Shown here: one piece after another, positions 1 to 9,165 of the stretch
Position numbering within the stretch: position 1 is the first letter of the stretch
How the letters are laid out: each line of letters opens with the position of its first letter
DNA from: Methanothermobacter thermautotrophicus str. Delta H
GTDB lineage: Archaea > Methanobacteriota > Methanobacteria > Methanobacteriales > Methanothermobacteraceae
Reading direction: 5' to 3'
Length of the DNA: 32,000 bases
Assembly (NCBI RefSeq): GCF_000008645.1
Contig: NC_000916.1
Coordinates: 870,001-902,000 of the forward strand
The notes under the pieces: generated by a model
What the model saw: only the letters and a program-made list of their open reading frames with translations
What the model was told of the DNA's origin: nothing
The model's database searches: none
Translations under genes and position numbers: made by a program

Positions 1-1345
1 TGCTGGCCCACCATTCCTGGACACTGTCAATGTAGAGTGAGTAGCTCTGGAGCCAGTCAATGGAAGGGAAGTGACGCTTGTCTGCCAGTGATGCGTCCAG
101 GGCCCAGAACACCTTACATATCCTTAGGGTGTTCTGTGTGACGGGCTCTGAGAGGTCCCCACCTGGTGGTGAAACCGCACCCACAACTGATACTGAGGCT
201 ATCTTATCCTCTGATCCAATGGTTGTGACCCTTCCTGCACGCTCATAGAACTGTGCGAGCCTTGATGCGAGGTATGCAGGGTATCCCTCTTCACCTGGCA
301 TCTCCTCCAGCCTTCCTGAGATCTCCCTCATTGCCTCGGCCCACCTTGAGGTTGAGTCTGCCATGAGGGCGACGTCGTAGCCCATGTCCCTGAAGTACTC
401 TGCTATGGTTATACCTGTGTACACACAGGCTTCCCTTGCAGCCACAGGCATGTTTGAAGTGTTTGCTATGAGCACGGTCCTGTCCATGAGGGGGTTACCT
501 GTCTTGGGGTCCTCGAGTTCAGGGAACTCCTTGAGGACCTCGGTCATCTCGTTACCCCTCTCACCGCATCCAACATAGACGATTATGTCTGCGTCAGCCC
601 ACTTTGCGAGCTGCTGCTGGGTAACCGTTTTACCTGAACCGAAGGGTCCCGGTATGGCTGCTGTACCTCCCTTGGCGACTGAGAAGAATGTGTCCTGCGC
701 CCTCTGACCTGTTACGAGGGGGACGTCAGGGTCGAGTTTCTTCTTGTAGGGTCGGCCCTTCCTGACAGGCCACTTCTGGAGCATCTGGATCTTTTCTGTT
801 CCGCTCTCGGTTTCAACCTCAGCTATATCATCAAGGACGGTGTATTCGCCCTGGGGGGCTATCATTGTGAGTTTACCTTCAACGTTTGGTGGGATCATTA
901 TCCTGTGGGTTATTGAGGATGTCTCCTCAACCTCACCGATTATGTCCCCTCCCTTAACCATCTGGCCCTCCCGGGCTGTGGGCTTGAAGGTCCATTTCTT
1001 ATCCTTTGGGAGGGATGGTACGTCCACTCCCCTCTCTATGTAGTCTCCGGTGAGTGCCTTGATGTTCTCGAGGGGTCTCTGGATACCGTCGAAGATTGAA
1101 CCCAGTATTCCAGGTCCCAGTTCCACTGATAGTGGACCGCCTGTTCTTTCAACGGTCTCTCCAGGCTTTATGCCTGCGGTTTCCTCGTAGACCTGGATTG
1201 TTGCTGTGTCACCCTCAAGTTCAATGATCTCTCCTATGAGCTTGTCTTCACCCACCTTAACCATTTCATACATCTGGGATCCTCTCATCCCCTCGGCGAT
1301 GATAACAGGACCCGCTATTTTTATAATCCTTCCTTCCTGTGTCAT
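1..1345 (-). CDS. atpA: A-type ATP synthase catalytic subunit A (N-terminal part; continues beyond window)
   Basis: Minus-strand translation from ATG at 1345 reads [92 protein letters not shown]. Walker A region (GPFGSGKT-type) visible in the translation near 630-660. Start overlaps the atpF stop (ATGA). Confidence 0.96.
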   Translation of the reverse strand, partial: MTQEGRIIKIAGPVIIAEGMRGSQMYEMVKVGEDKLIGEIIELEGDTATIQVYEETAGIKPGETVERTGGPLSVELGPGILGSIFDGIQRPLENIKALTGDYIERGVDVPSLPKDKKWTFKPTAREGQMVKGGDIIGEVEETSSITHRIMIPPNVEGKLTMIAPQGEYTVLDDIAEVETESGTEKIQMLQKWPVRKGRPYKKKLDPDVPLVTGQRAQDTFFSVAKGGTAAIPGPFGSGKTVTQQQLAKWADADIIVYVGCGERGNEMTEVLKEFPELEDPKTGNPLMDRTVLIANTSNMPVAAREACVYTGITIAEYFRDMGYDVALMADSTSRWAEAMREISGRLEEMPGEEGYPAYLASRLAQFYERAGRVTTIGSEDKIASVSVVGAVSPPGGDLSEPVTQNTLRICKVFWALDASLADKRHFPSIDWLQSYSLYIDSVQEWWAS

Positions 1346-1662
1346 TTTACCATCTCAACCCCAATAACTCTTTTAATAAGGTCCCTCAGTGGATCTGTTT
1401 CACGTTCTGAGGGGCCTGTCTTGTCTGGTATCTCTATTATCATTGGCAATGCGCTTGAACTTGTGGTTTCCTCTATAAATTCCCTCAGTTCATCACCAAT
1501 CTTTTCTGTGACGATTATTATGGAGAAGCCATCACGTATAAGGTTCCTTATGGTTTCCTCTGCCTCGTCAGGTGTTTCAACCACGTAGCCTTCCCTGACG
1601 CCTCCGAGTCTGAACCCTGTTACAGTGTCCCTGTCACCAACCACTGCAATATTTGAACTCAT
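1342..1662 (-). CDS. atpF: A-type ATP synthase subunit F
   Basis: 106-aa ORF ([22 protein letters not shown]...) between subunits C and A in canonical order. Confidence 0.93.
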   Translation of the reverse strand: MSSNIAVVGDRDTVTGFRLGGVREGYVVETPDEAEETIRNLIRDGFSIIIVTEKIGDELREFIEETTSSSALPMIIEIPDKTGPSERETDPLRDLIKRVIGVEMVK

Positions 1663-2816
1663 GCTAACATCTCCTTAACCATTGCTTCAGGGAAGCCTGG
1701 CTCCCTCTTGCTCCTTGCTATGACCTTGAGGTTCTTCACCTCAACCTCCTTCCTGCTGAGGAATCCGATCATTGGCCCGACACCGAAGGGCTTCTTGAGT
1801 GCGAAGTTCCTTGCCATCCTGTTGAGGTTGTCCTCAAGGACGCGTTCGAATACAGCCACTGAACCCGTTGATGTGTACTCTGAGAGGGCCTCTGATAGCA
1901 TCTGACCGTAGTCTGTACCCTCAAGGCCGCTTACAACTCCACTGACATCCTCTGATTCCATGAGGTCCTTGAGCTTCCATTCCCTGATCTGGTAACCGTG
2001 GGGTACTATGTATGGGCTTATGTCATCATAGCTGAGACCGTCTGCCTTTGCACGGAGTATTATTTTAAGGTTGGATATGTCGACCATGGTCCCAAAGTAT
2101 GTGTGGAGTATCTTTGTGTTGTCGTCTGATGGACTTCCAACTGTCCTTATGAGTCCCTCCAGGAACTTCCTGTCAAGGGCTGCCTCTATTGGGAGGAGCA
2201 TCCCTGTCTCCTCGTAGCCGGATAGGGCATCCTCCAGTACGCCGGCGTACTCTGTAGCCTCAAGGCCGGTTACAACCTCCTGAACACTTGAAGCGTCTGC
2301 AAGGCCCTCGATGATCTCATAGACTTCACCTCCCGGGACAAGGAGGTTCACTGTCTCCTCGGCACTCAGGCCAGCAGCCTTTGCTGTTATGAGGCTCTTG
2401 ATGTTCCTCACATCCCATCTCTTCAGGTTTGCCCTGAAGGGGTCCCTTATGGATGCGGGTGCTATCTGGGATACCATCTCATAGGTCTCTGCGAGCTGAC
2501 TCTCAAGGGCCTTCTCAATGGGGAACCTGTCAATGTATTTGGCGTAGTCAGGGAGCCCCCGGAGGTAGTTCTTGAACTCCTCCATGGACTCGGTTTCAAG
2601 AATCTCTGATAACTGTTTCTCGTTTAGGAGGCGTCCTATTCGTGCCCTGACTCTGGCGTTAGGGTATGCAAAGGGGAATAAATCTAATATAGGCCTTATA
2701 GTTGCTATTACCACAATAGCACCTATAATGGCTCCTCCGAGGAGGAGTACGCCTATAAAAGATTCTATTGAAGGGAATCCAAGCGCTGTTACAATTGTTG
2801 TGATGCTGTCAGCCAT
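1659..2816 (-). CDS. atpC: A-type ATP synthase subunit C
   Basis: 385-aa ORF with C/d-subunit-like sequence (FPYANARVRARIGRLLN...), 4-nt overlap with atpF. Confidence 0.93.
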   Translation of the reverse strand: MADSITTIVTALGFPSIESFIGVLLLGGAIIGAIVVIATIRPILDLFPFAYPNARVRARIGRLLNEKQLSEILETESMEEFKNYLRGLPDYAKYIDRFPIEKALESQLAETYEMVSQIAPASIRDPFRANLKRWDVRNIKSLITAKAAGLSAEETVNLLVPGGEVYEIIEGLADASSVQEVVTGLEATEYAGVLEDALSGYEETGMLLPIEAALDRKFLEGLIRTVGSPSDDNTKILHTYFGTMVDISNLKIILRAKADGLSYDDISPYIVPHGYQIREWKLKDLMESEDVSGVVSGLEGTDYGQMLSEALSEYTSTGSVAVFERVLEDNLNRMARNFALKKPFGVGPMIGFLSRKEVEVKNLKVIARSKREPGFPEAMVKEMLA

Positions 2817-2833
2817 CTGTTATCTCCCCTTTT

Positions 2834-3454
2834 TTATTCGAAAAGAACCCTGGCCACCTCTGAACGTAGAGCCTTCCTGAAACGGGACATCCTGGCCTCT
2901 ATTGTGTTGTTAACCTCTATCAGACCATCCTCTGTCCTTACCACTGCTCCTCCAATGGTTCTGATGCTGTCTCCAACCTTCAGGGTTGTTTTTTTGCCTG
3001 TTTCTGCTTCCACTTCAGCCGCGATTTTATCGAGTCCGAGGTCAAGGGACCTGTCGTCCTCCCTCATGCTGACAACCAGGTCACCGCCGCCTATCTCAAC
3101 GGCGGCCTCCTTTATCATGCCCCTGAGGGCGCTGACGTATTCCTCCTGGGAGGTGGATGCCAGGTTTTTAAGTTCCTCTTCCGCCTTTTTGAAGGCCTCC
3201 TGTATTACCTCTTCCCTTGCCTCCAGTTCTGCACGCCTTGCATTCATCTTGGCCTCTGAGATTATCTGCTGGTACCTCATGTCAGCCTGTTTTCTGGCTG
3301 ACTCGAGTATGCGTTCACTGGCCATCCTGGCCCTTTTTTCACCTTCATCCACTATACCTGCAGCTTCATCTTCAGCTTCCCTGATTATGGCGTCCGCCTT
3401 TGCCTGAGCCTCTGACATTATACTGGAGACAATTTTTTCGGCTCCGGAGCTCAT
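2834..3454 (-). CDS. atpE: A-type ATP synthase subunit E
   Basis: 206-aa ORF with charged coiled-coil N-terminus typical of peripheral stalk E subunit; operon context. Confidence 0.93.
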   Translation of the reverse strand: MSSGAEKIVSSIMSEAQAKADAIIREAEDEAAGIVDEGEKRARMASERILESARKQADMRYQQIISEAKMNARRAELEAREEVIQEAFKKAEEELKNLASTSQEEYVSALRGMIKEAAVEIGGGDLVVSMREDDRSLDLGLDKIAAEVEAETGKKTTLKVGDSIRTIGGAVVRTEDGLIEVNNTIEARMSRFRKALRSEVARVLFE

Positions 3455-3458
3455 CTAA

Positions 3459-3947
3459 TTAGCCTCCTAGTATTCCGCCGAAGACCATGAGAAGTATGGC
3501 GATCAGGAAACCATAGATGGCCTGTGTCTCTGAGAGGGCTGAGAATATAATACCCCTCGCGAACATGTCAGGGTCCTCGACAACTGCACCGACTGATGAT
3601 GCTGATGTTATACCCTGACCCATACCTGAACCGAGACCTGCGAATCCTATGGCTGCACCTGCACCCACGGCAACAAGTCCTGCTGTAACATCCAGTCCCT
3701 TTCCTCCTCCAAGGAGTCCTGAGAACACCAGGAGAAGTATGGCGATCAGGAAACCATAGATGGCCTGTGTTTCAGGGAGGGTTGAGAATATAATACCCCT
3801 CGCGAACATGTCGGAGTTCTCTGCGACTGCACCCACACTTTCTGCGGCTGCTATACCCTGACCTAATCCTGATCCAAGACCTGCGAATCCTACTGCAACT
3901 CCAGCACCTATTGCTGCTAAAGCAGTTCCTAATGCTATTTCAACCAT
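3459..3947 (-). CDS. atpK: A-type ATP synthase rotor proteolipid subunit K (two fused hairpins)
   Basis: 162-aa ORF made of two near-identical halves (...GFAGLGSGLGQGIAAAESVGAVAENSDMFARGIIFSTLPETQAIYGFLIAILL / ...GFAGLGSGMGQGITSASSVGAVVEDPDMFARGIIFSALSETQAIYGFLIAILL). Confidence 0.96.
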   Translation of the reverse strand: MVEIALGTALAAIGAGVAVGFAGLGSGLGQGIAAAESVGAVAENSDMFARGIIFSTLPETQAIYGFLIAILLLVFSGLLGGGKGLDVTAGLVAVGAGAAIGFAGLGSGMGQGITSASSVGAVVEDPDMFARGIIFSALSETQAIYGFLIAILLMVFGGILGG

Positions 3948-3952
3948 TCTAT

Positions 3953-5929
3953 TTACCTCCTTATCTTAGTAAAGTTTCTTTCAGCACGAAATGCATTGAA
4001 TTTGTTTTTTCCGCCCATGTAGAACTGGGCGAAGAATTCAACATAGTGTAGACGAAGTGAGTTTATAAAGGCACCAAGGCTCTGGAAGGCGTTGTTGGCG
4101 ATGTGCCCGAAGACGAAGATTATCGGGGCGAGTACCACTCCGATGACGGGTATCATCTCATAGCTGAGACCCGTGAGGATGTTCACGGTCATGGCTATAC
4201 CACCCGTTGAGAGACAGAGTGCAAGCAGCCTTGCATATGACAGGAGGGTACCGAGGAACCCTGATACATCCATGAGGCCAAAGAGGCCATTGTAATATAG
4301 TAGCATTGCAAATGCCAGGATTATCAGAGGAGCCCCGAAAATCATGCCCCCAACCAGGTAGAGGATTATACCCAGTTCAAGGATCAGCCAGACGATCTGG
4401 GATCCAAGGGCCTCCCTCATGTTCCCGAGCCTTATGTTGTTCCTTGCACCGAGTATCAGACCAAAGTTTATGTGGAGAACACCCACGGTGAGTGCCATTA
4501 TCAGTATGTTCTGGGGGTTCACAAAGGCGTCTATTGCCGGTATAACCGTTGGCAGGGTTATGTTGAAGAACCGTGGGAAGAAGTCCCCTATGAACCCGTT
4601 GGTGACCATCCCGAGGATGAATGCCCACACACCACAGGACATCATGATGATACCGAAGTTCCTCATGAAGTTGTTGACCTTACCCAGGCCCCTGTAGAGT
4701 ATGAAGCCTATCAGGGCGTCGATTATACCGTAACCTGCATCTGTCAGGCAGAACCCGAAGAAGAACGGGAACACAAAGGCCATGAAAATTGTGGGGTCGA
4801 TCTCGTTGTACTTCAGGGGAGAGTACATCTCCACGAAGGTCTCGTAGGGCTTTGCAAACCTCGGGTTGTCCAGGAGCACCGGTACCTCCTCAGGATCCGG
4901 GTCCTCCAGGTCCGTCAACGCAGTGCCCTCAGATGACTCCTCAACCACGGCGATGACCCTGTCAGCTTCCTTGAGGGGGACCCATGCCTCCAGCATCACC
5001 GTCTTCCTGGTTTCGCCGAAGAGTGAGAATACCTCATTCCTCTCCTTCTCTATTTCAAGCTGTTCCCTGAGGACCAGGAGTTCGTCCTCCCATTCAGCGT
5101 TTATATCCCTTAATTTTGAGATGATCTCCTTCCTTTCCCTGCTGATCTCCTCAAGGCGTGTCTTTGAGGAGGATATGATCTCTGATGGTCTACCCTGGAG
5201 TTCGCTGATCTCAAATCTCTCGAATTCCATCCTTCTGAGGACTGAGGCTATGCTGTCTGCATGTTTCTTCAGTGTTACAATGATCAGGATCCTTTCAGCC
5301 TTGTTCTCTCCCTCTCTGTCTGATATGACCAGTTCATCTGTGATATCTGCGAGTTTATCCCTGAGTTCAGGGAGGTTCTCGGCTGTTATCCTTCCTGCGA
5401 TTCCTGTTATGTACTCTGAATCCTGGAGATCAGAAAAATCAATATCAAAATCCTTCAGTTTCTCTGCAACAGAGAGGCTTGATTCAACAGCGGACCTTTC
5501 TGAATCAAGCTCATTCAATTTTTCCTCCATAACCCTGGTCTCTGACTCGACCCTCCCCAGGGTCTCCTCAGCCCTTTCGATGAGGGATTCTGTGTCCAGT
5601 TCCTCAACCTCCCGCTTCTCGAATATCGGGGGGTTTATGAACTCCCTTATGGTATCCCTGAGACCCTTCTCCTCGGCTGCGACTGAGCCAAGGAAGTCCA
5701 GGATACCGCTGGTTTTCATGAGGAGAGATGACACCCTTCCTGTGTATGGTGTTGCCCTTGATGGTTTCAGTATCTGGCGCCACTCTGCATCCTGCTGGAT
5801 GCGCTCTGAGATATCATCGATCTGGGTTACACCCTCCTCATGCAAGGAACGAACCACCGAATCCGAGTACTGATCCAGGGTTATGATCTTAAGTTTTCGC
5901 ATCCTTGCCGGTAGAAACATGTCACTCAC
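3953..5929 (-). CDS. atpI: A-type ATP synthase membrane subunit I (a/I subunit)
   Basis: 658-aa ORF, long soluble N-terminal half followed by multiple TM helices (YNPTIFMAFVFPFFFGFCLTDAGYG-like EIDPTIFMAFVFPFFFGFCLTDAGYGIIDALIG). Confidence 0.95.
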   Translation of the reverse strand: MSDMFLPARMRKLKIITLDQYSDSVVRSLHEEGVTQIDDISERIQQDAEWRQILKPSRATPYTGRVSSLLMKTSGILDFLGSVAAEEKGLRDTIREFINPPIFEKREVEELDTESLIERAEETLGRVESETRVMEEKLNELDSERSAVESSLSVAEKLKDFDIDFSDLQDSEYITGIAGRITAENLPELRDKLADITDELVISDREGENKAERILIIVTLKKHADSIASVLRRMEFERFEISELQGRPSEIISSSKTRLEEISRERKEIISKLRDINAEWEDELLVLREQLEIEKERNEVFSLFGETRKTVMLEAWVPLKEADRVIAVVEESSEGTALTDLEDPDPEEVPVLLDNPRFAKPYETFVEMYSPLKYNEIDPTIFMAFVFPFFFGFCLTDAGYGIIDALIGFILYRGLGKVNNFMRNFGIIMMSCGVWAFILGMVTNGFIGDFFPRFFNITLPTVIPAIDAFVNPQNILIMALTVGVLHINFGLILGARNNIRLGNMREALGSQIVWLILELGIILYLVGGMIFGAPLIILAFAMLLYYNGLFGLMDVSGFLGTLLSYARLLALCLSTGGIAMTVNILTGLSYEMIPVIGVVLAPIIFVFGHIANNAFQSLGAFINSLRLHYVEFFAQFYMGGKNKFNAFRAERNFTKIRR

Positions 5930-5930
5930 A

Positions 5931-6245
5931 CTACAAGATACTTTTCACAATAATACTGGCAGCCTCCGGGACCTTCCCCATTGCCGCTGATTTCATTGTC
6001 TCCACTTCACGCTTTGCCTTCCCTGAGATTTCAATGGCTTCCTTCCTGGCTCTTTCCTCTGCCTCGGCTATGATCTCATCGCCCTTCTCACTGGCCTCTC
6101 GCTCTGCCTTCTCAAGGAGCTCTGCGGATCTGTTCCTGGCGTCGTCGAGTAACTGGGATGATTTTTCTCTGGCCTCCTGTATTAACCTGTCAGCATCATT
6201 CTCAGCCTTCTTTATGGTAGTGATAGCTTCAGATATCGTTGTCAT
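5931..6245 (-). CDS. atpH: A-type ATP synthase subunit H (peripheral stalk)
   Basis: Supplied ORF 5931..6254. ATG at 6245 preceded by GGTGATTC (SD) is the more likely start: MTTISEAITTIKKAENDADRLIQEAREKSSQLL..., an Ala/Glu/Lys-rich coiled coil. Confidence 0.88.
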   Translation of the reverse strand: MTTISEAITTIKKAENDADRLIQEAREKSSQLLDDARNRSAELLEKAEREASEKGDEIIAEAEERARKEAIEISGKAKREVETMKSAAMGKVPEAASIIVKSIL

Positions 6246-6280
6246 ATGAATCACCCTATTAATGCAAAGGTCTATTTCGC

Positions 6281-6290
6281 GGTATATTTA
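6281..6290 (-). promoter_or_regulatory. Candidate TATA box for the ATP synthase operon
   Basis: Minus-strand TAAATATACC about 36-45 nt upstream of the ATG at 6245; spacing fits an archaeal promoter with a short leader. Confidence 0.5.
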
Positions 6291-6466
6291 TCTTTTACTA
6301 TTTTATTCAAAAGTTTATGATATTCAACTAATCCCATTCAGTTAACCAAGCCTTTTGAATCCCTCCTGATGTTAATTGAGTCATTTTATGAAATTTAATT
6401 TGAATTAAGACAATATTTAAGTCTTTAAGGGTGATCGGCAATCATATGGATGTTGATGGGTGAATT

Positions 6467-7309
6467 CTACTCTGGCATGGGCTCCAGGTCGGCTCCAGCT
6501 GAGAGGTCCCTCTCCTCCTCGCCGTCGTACTGTATTTCTTCGATTTCGAAGAATTTTCTGAAGGCTGGTTCCCGGACCTTTTCCTCGTAGACGTGGGATA
6601 TGAGTCCTGGGAGGCGTCCTATCATGAATACTCCTGCTCCGGTCCTCCAGTCGAATCCCATGTCTGATAGTATGCCGGCGTTGGCCCCGTCAACGTTCAT
6701 CCGGACTCCCTTGCGTTCCAGGAGTATCTCCTGGACCTCCAGTGCAAGGCTGGTGTGGGGTCCCACGCAGCCGTAATCCTCTGCAAGTTCCAGTAACCTG
6801 ACGGCCCGGGGGTCGGCGTTGTGGTAGCGGTGCCCGAACCCGGGGATCCTCCTGTTGGCCTGGAGGTGATCATCAACCAGCCTCAGGGCAGCATCAGGGA
6901 TCTCATCCTCAGACTCGCAGGATGATACAGTCTCCTGGAAGAGCTTCATGGAACGCTCAATGGCACCCGCATGATTCTTACCAAAGGCAAGCAGACCCCC
7001 GGCAATACAGGCATGAACCGGAGAACCCGCCGAGGCAATCATACGGGCAGCCTGAGTACTCGGCGGAGTAACACCATGATCACAGAAGGACACCAGGACA
7101 GCCTCAAGCATACGCGCAACATTCTGAGGGGGAAGCTCACCCCTGATCAGAAGATAAACCATCTCAGAAAAGGAAACACCACCAATAAGATCCTCCTGAG
7201 AATAACCCCTCGTAACAATACGGTTAGGCTCAACACGCGTAATGGAAGTCCTCCACCTGGGGGAACCCGCCCTGAATACCTGCTCAAGTGATTCCTTTCC
7301 TATAGCCAT
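6467..7309 (-). CDS. Short citrate synthase family protein (citryl-CoA lyase-like)
   Basis: 280-aa ORF with citrate-synthase-family motifs SPVHACIAGG, GFGHRYHNADPRA, NVDGANAGILSDMGF, but far shorter than a normal citrate synthase. SD GAGGTGA precedes the ATG. Confidence 0.82.
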   Translation of the reverse strand: MAIGKESLEQVFRAGSPRWRTSITRVEPNRIVTRGYSQEDLIGGVSFSEMVYLLIRGELPPQNVARMLEAVLVSFCDHGVTPPSTQAARMIASAGSPVHACIAGGLLAFGKNHAGAIERSMKLFQETVSSCESEDEIPDAALRLVDDHLQANRRIPGFGHRYHNADPRAVRLLELAEDYGCVGPHTSLALEVQEILLERKGVRMNVDGANAGILSDMGFDWRTGAGVFMIGRLPGLISHVYEEKVREPAFRKFFEIEEIQYDGEEERDLSAGADLEPMPE

Positions 7310-7318
7310 TCATTCACC

Positions 7319-8161
7319 TCAGAGATCTATTGTTGCCCTTCTGGGTTCCACACAGCATGCAAGCCTCATTGAGACTATCCTCACGCCGCTGGCCCTCTGG
7401 GGTCCCACCTTAATCATGGCCCCCAGGGCTGTCGTGGATCCCCCAAGACCAAGGGGCCCTGTCCCGGTACTGTTAAGGGATTCTGTGATGTGCTCCTCAA
7501 TCCAGGACTGTTCATCAAGATTTCCTGTTGCCATGGCCCTGAGCATAAGGCCAGTGGCCTCAAAATGAGTTCTCCCGATACCTATAGCCGGTATGCATGG
7601 TGTGCACCCCAGCATCGGGACCTCTGTTTTCATCCATGTTATAACTTCCTCAAATACTTTTCTATAACTGTGCCTGTGGAAGATCCTCCTTGTCCTCGCC
7701 CTTATCTCGGGACCCCCTCCAAGCATGAGGACATGGATCCTGACCCCCTCACCGGGCGCCGAATCCACCGTGAAGGGTGCCGGTGGGAGTTTCGCCGGGT
7801 CACTGTACAGTCCCCTGCTCTGCTCTATCCTCTCCACCTCATCACCCCTTACAGCCATTGGGCGTCCCGGGAGTTCCCTGAGGCCCTCCTCAACACCCCT
7901 CTTCAGATGGTTGAAGAATCCTGCAGGGAGGCTGGCGTCCTCCCCCACCTCCACTATCAGGTGGGGTATCCCTGTATCATCGCAGAGTGGTCTTCTCTCC
8001 CTTTCTGCTATGCGGGCGTTTTCAATTAGAAGTTCAAGTATCCATGCGGATCTCTCATCCTCCTCCACCTCAAGGGCCCTCTCGTAGGCCCTGAGGACGT
8101 CGGGGGAGTAGGTTGTGGATGCCTGGATGATGGCATCCCTGACTCTCCCGGCGAGATCCAA
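7319..8161 (-). CDS. Fumarate hydratase / tartrate dehydratase alpha-type subunit
   Basis: Motifs LCDDTGIPHLIVEVG, PMLGCTPCIPAIGIG, GTGPLGLGGSTTALGAMI. Supplied ORF starts at GTG 8194; a TTG at 8161 preceded by GGGGGAGGATAGC removes the overlap with the upstream gene and is the better start. Confidence 0.88.
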   Translation of the reverse strand: MDLAGRVRDAIIQASTTYSPDVLRAYERALEVEEDERSAWILELLIENARIAERERRPLCDDTGIPHLIVEVGEDASLPAGFFNHLKRGVEEGLRELPGRPMAVRGDEVERIEQSRGLYSDPAKLPPAPFTVDSAPGEGVRIHVLMLGGGPEIRARTRRIFHRHSYRKVFEEVITWMKTEVPMLGCTPCIPAIGIGRTHFEATGLMLRAMATGNLDEQSWIEEHITESLNSTGTGPLGLGGSTTALGAMIKVGPQRASGVRIVSMRLACCVEPRRATIDL

Positions 8162-8162
8162 G

Positions 8163-9062
8163 CTATCCTCCCCCCACGGGTACAGCGAGGTCACCGCCCT
8201 CAGATAGGACGGCCTCAGGATAGTAGCGCTCTATCATGTCCCTCACAAGGACAACCTGCCTTATCCTCTCACGCGCCTGGGCCTCGGTGGTTTCCCAGCC
8301 ATGGTGCCCGGCCACGGAGCCCCCGGTCTTGAGGTAGACAGGTGCTGCGTACCTTATGATATCCGGGACCTCGTAGTGCCTTATGAATCCGCCTGAGGAC
8401 TTGGGGTTCTCTGTGTGAACATCAATTGAAATGTCGATGGCCTCCCTGAGTGATGCCAGCATTGGTATCTGGAGGTCCCTCACAGGGTTCAGGGAGTCTG
8501 CACCGATATCCTGGAGCAGGTGTGCTGAGGCAGGATTCCCGTGACCGCAGTGGGCTGAGACCTTAAGGTGGAGGTCAGCTGGAAGTTCACCGTCCCCGCG
8601 CATCCTTCCAAGAACCCAGAGGAGGCCCTCATCATAGACCACTATACCCCTGACACCGAGTTCGGCTGCCCTCTTAACGTCCTCAACTGCGTAGACAAGG
8701 TTATCATATCCCCTGAGCCTGTAGCCTATCCTTGCACCCTCGGGGGTCCTTGCGGAGGCACTGGTATCATAGGTGGCCCGTGGCCCTACGCTGAGGAAGA
8801 GTTCAATGTCTGCGTCCCGGGCCATCCCTGCCATTTCCTCAATCTCGGTGTCTGTGAGGAGCATTATGCCACGGGTCTGTGTCACCCTGTGGACCCTGAC
8901 ATCCTGCTGCTCCATTGCATCTATGAGGGCTGCCATGGCACCGGGCCTCTGTATGCCCGGAACCTCAAATCTGTACTGGCCTCCATCACTGAATCTCTTC
9001 TCTGATTCGCCCCTGGGGGCCCCTATTCCAATCTTATTAAGGTATCTGCGGGTTTCTTCCAA
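8163..9062 (-). CDS. Conserved protein, probable TIM-barrel / peptidase U32-like
   Basis: 299-aa ORF with U32-like segments (GARIGYRLRGYDNLVYAVEDVKRAAELGVRGIVVYDEGLLWVL, HCGHGNPASAHLLQDIGADSLNPVRDLQIPMLASLREA). TTG start behind GGAGGTG. Confidence 0.5.
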   Translation of the reverse strand: MEETRRYLNKIGIGAPRGESEKRFSDGGQYRFEVPGIQRPGAMAALIDAMEQQDVRVHRVTQTRGIMLLTDTEIEEMAGMARDADIELFLSVGPRATYDTSASARTPEGARIGYRLRGYDNLVYAVEDVKRAAELGVRGIVVYDEGLLWVLGRMRGDGELPADLHLKVSAHCGHGNPASAHLLQDIGADSLNPVRDLQIPMLASLREAIDISIDVHTENPKSSGGFIRHYEVPDIIRYAAPVYLKTGGSVAGHHGWETTEAQARERIRQVVLVRDMIERYYPEAVLSEGGDLAVPVGGG

Positions 9063-9165
9063 TTTTTCACCTCCAGTTTAACTTTACGCTTGCGGGATTT
9101 CCGGTCGATCAGTTCCAGCATCACCGGGCAGATCCCACCATCACATCACAATTCCACGCAACGGA

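Noticed and set aside
384-6249. Many plus-strand ORFs opposite the ATP synthase operon (e.g. 4866..5873, 335 aa)
   Set aside because: They are antisense to confidently identified genes, are Ser/Leu-rich low-complexity translations, and lack family-like motifs. They reflect codon bias on the opposite strand.
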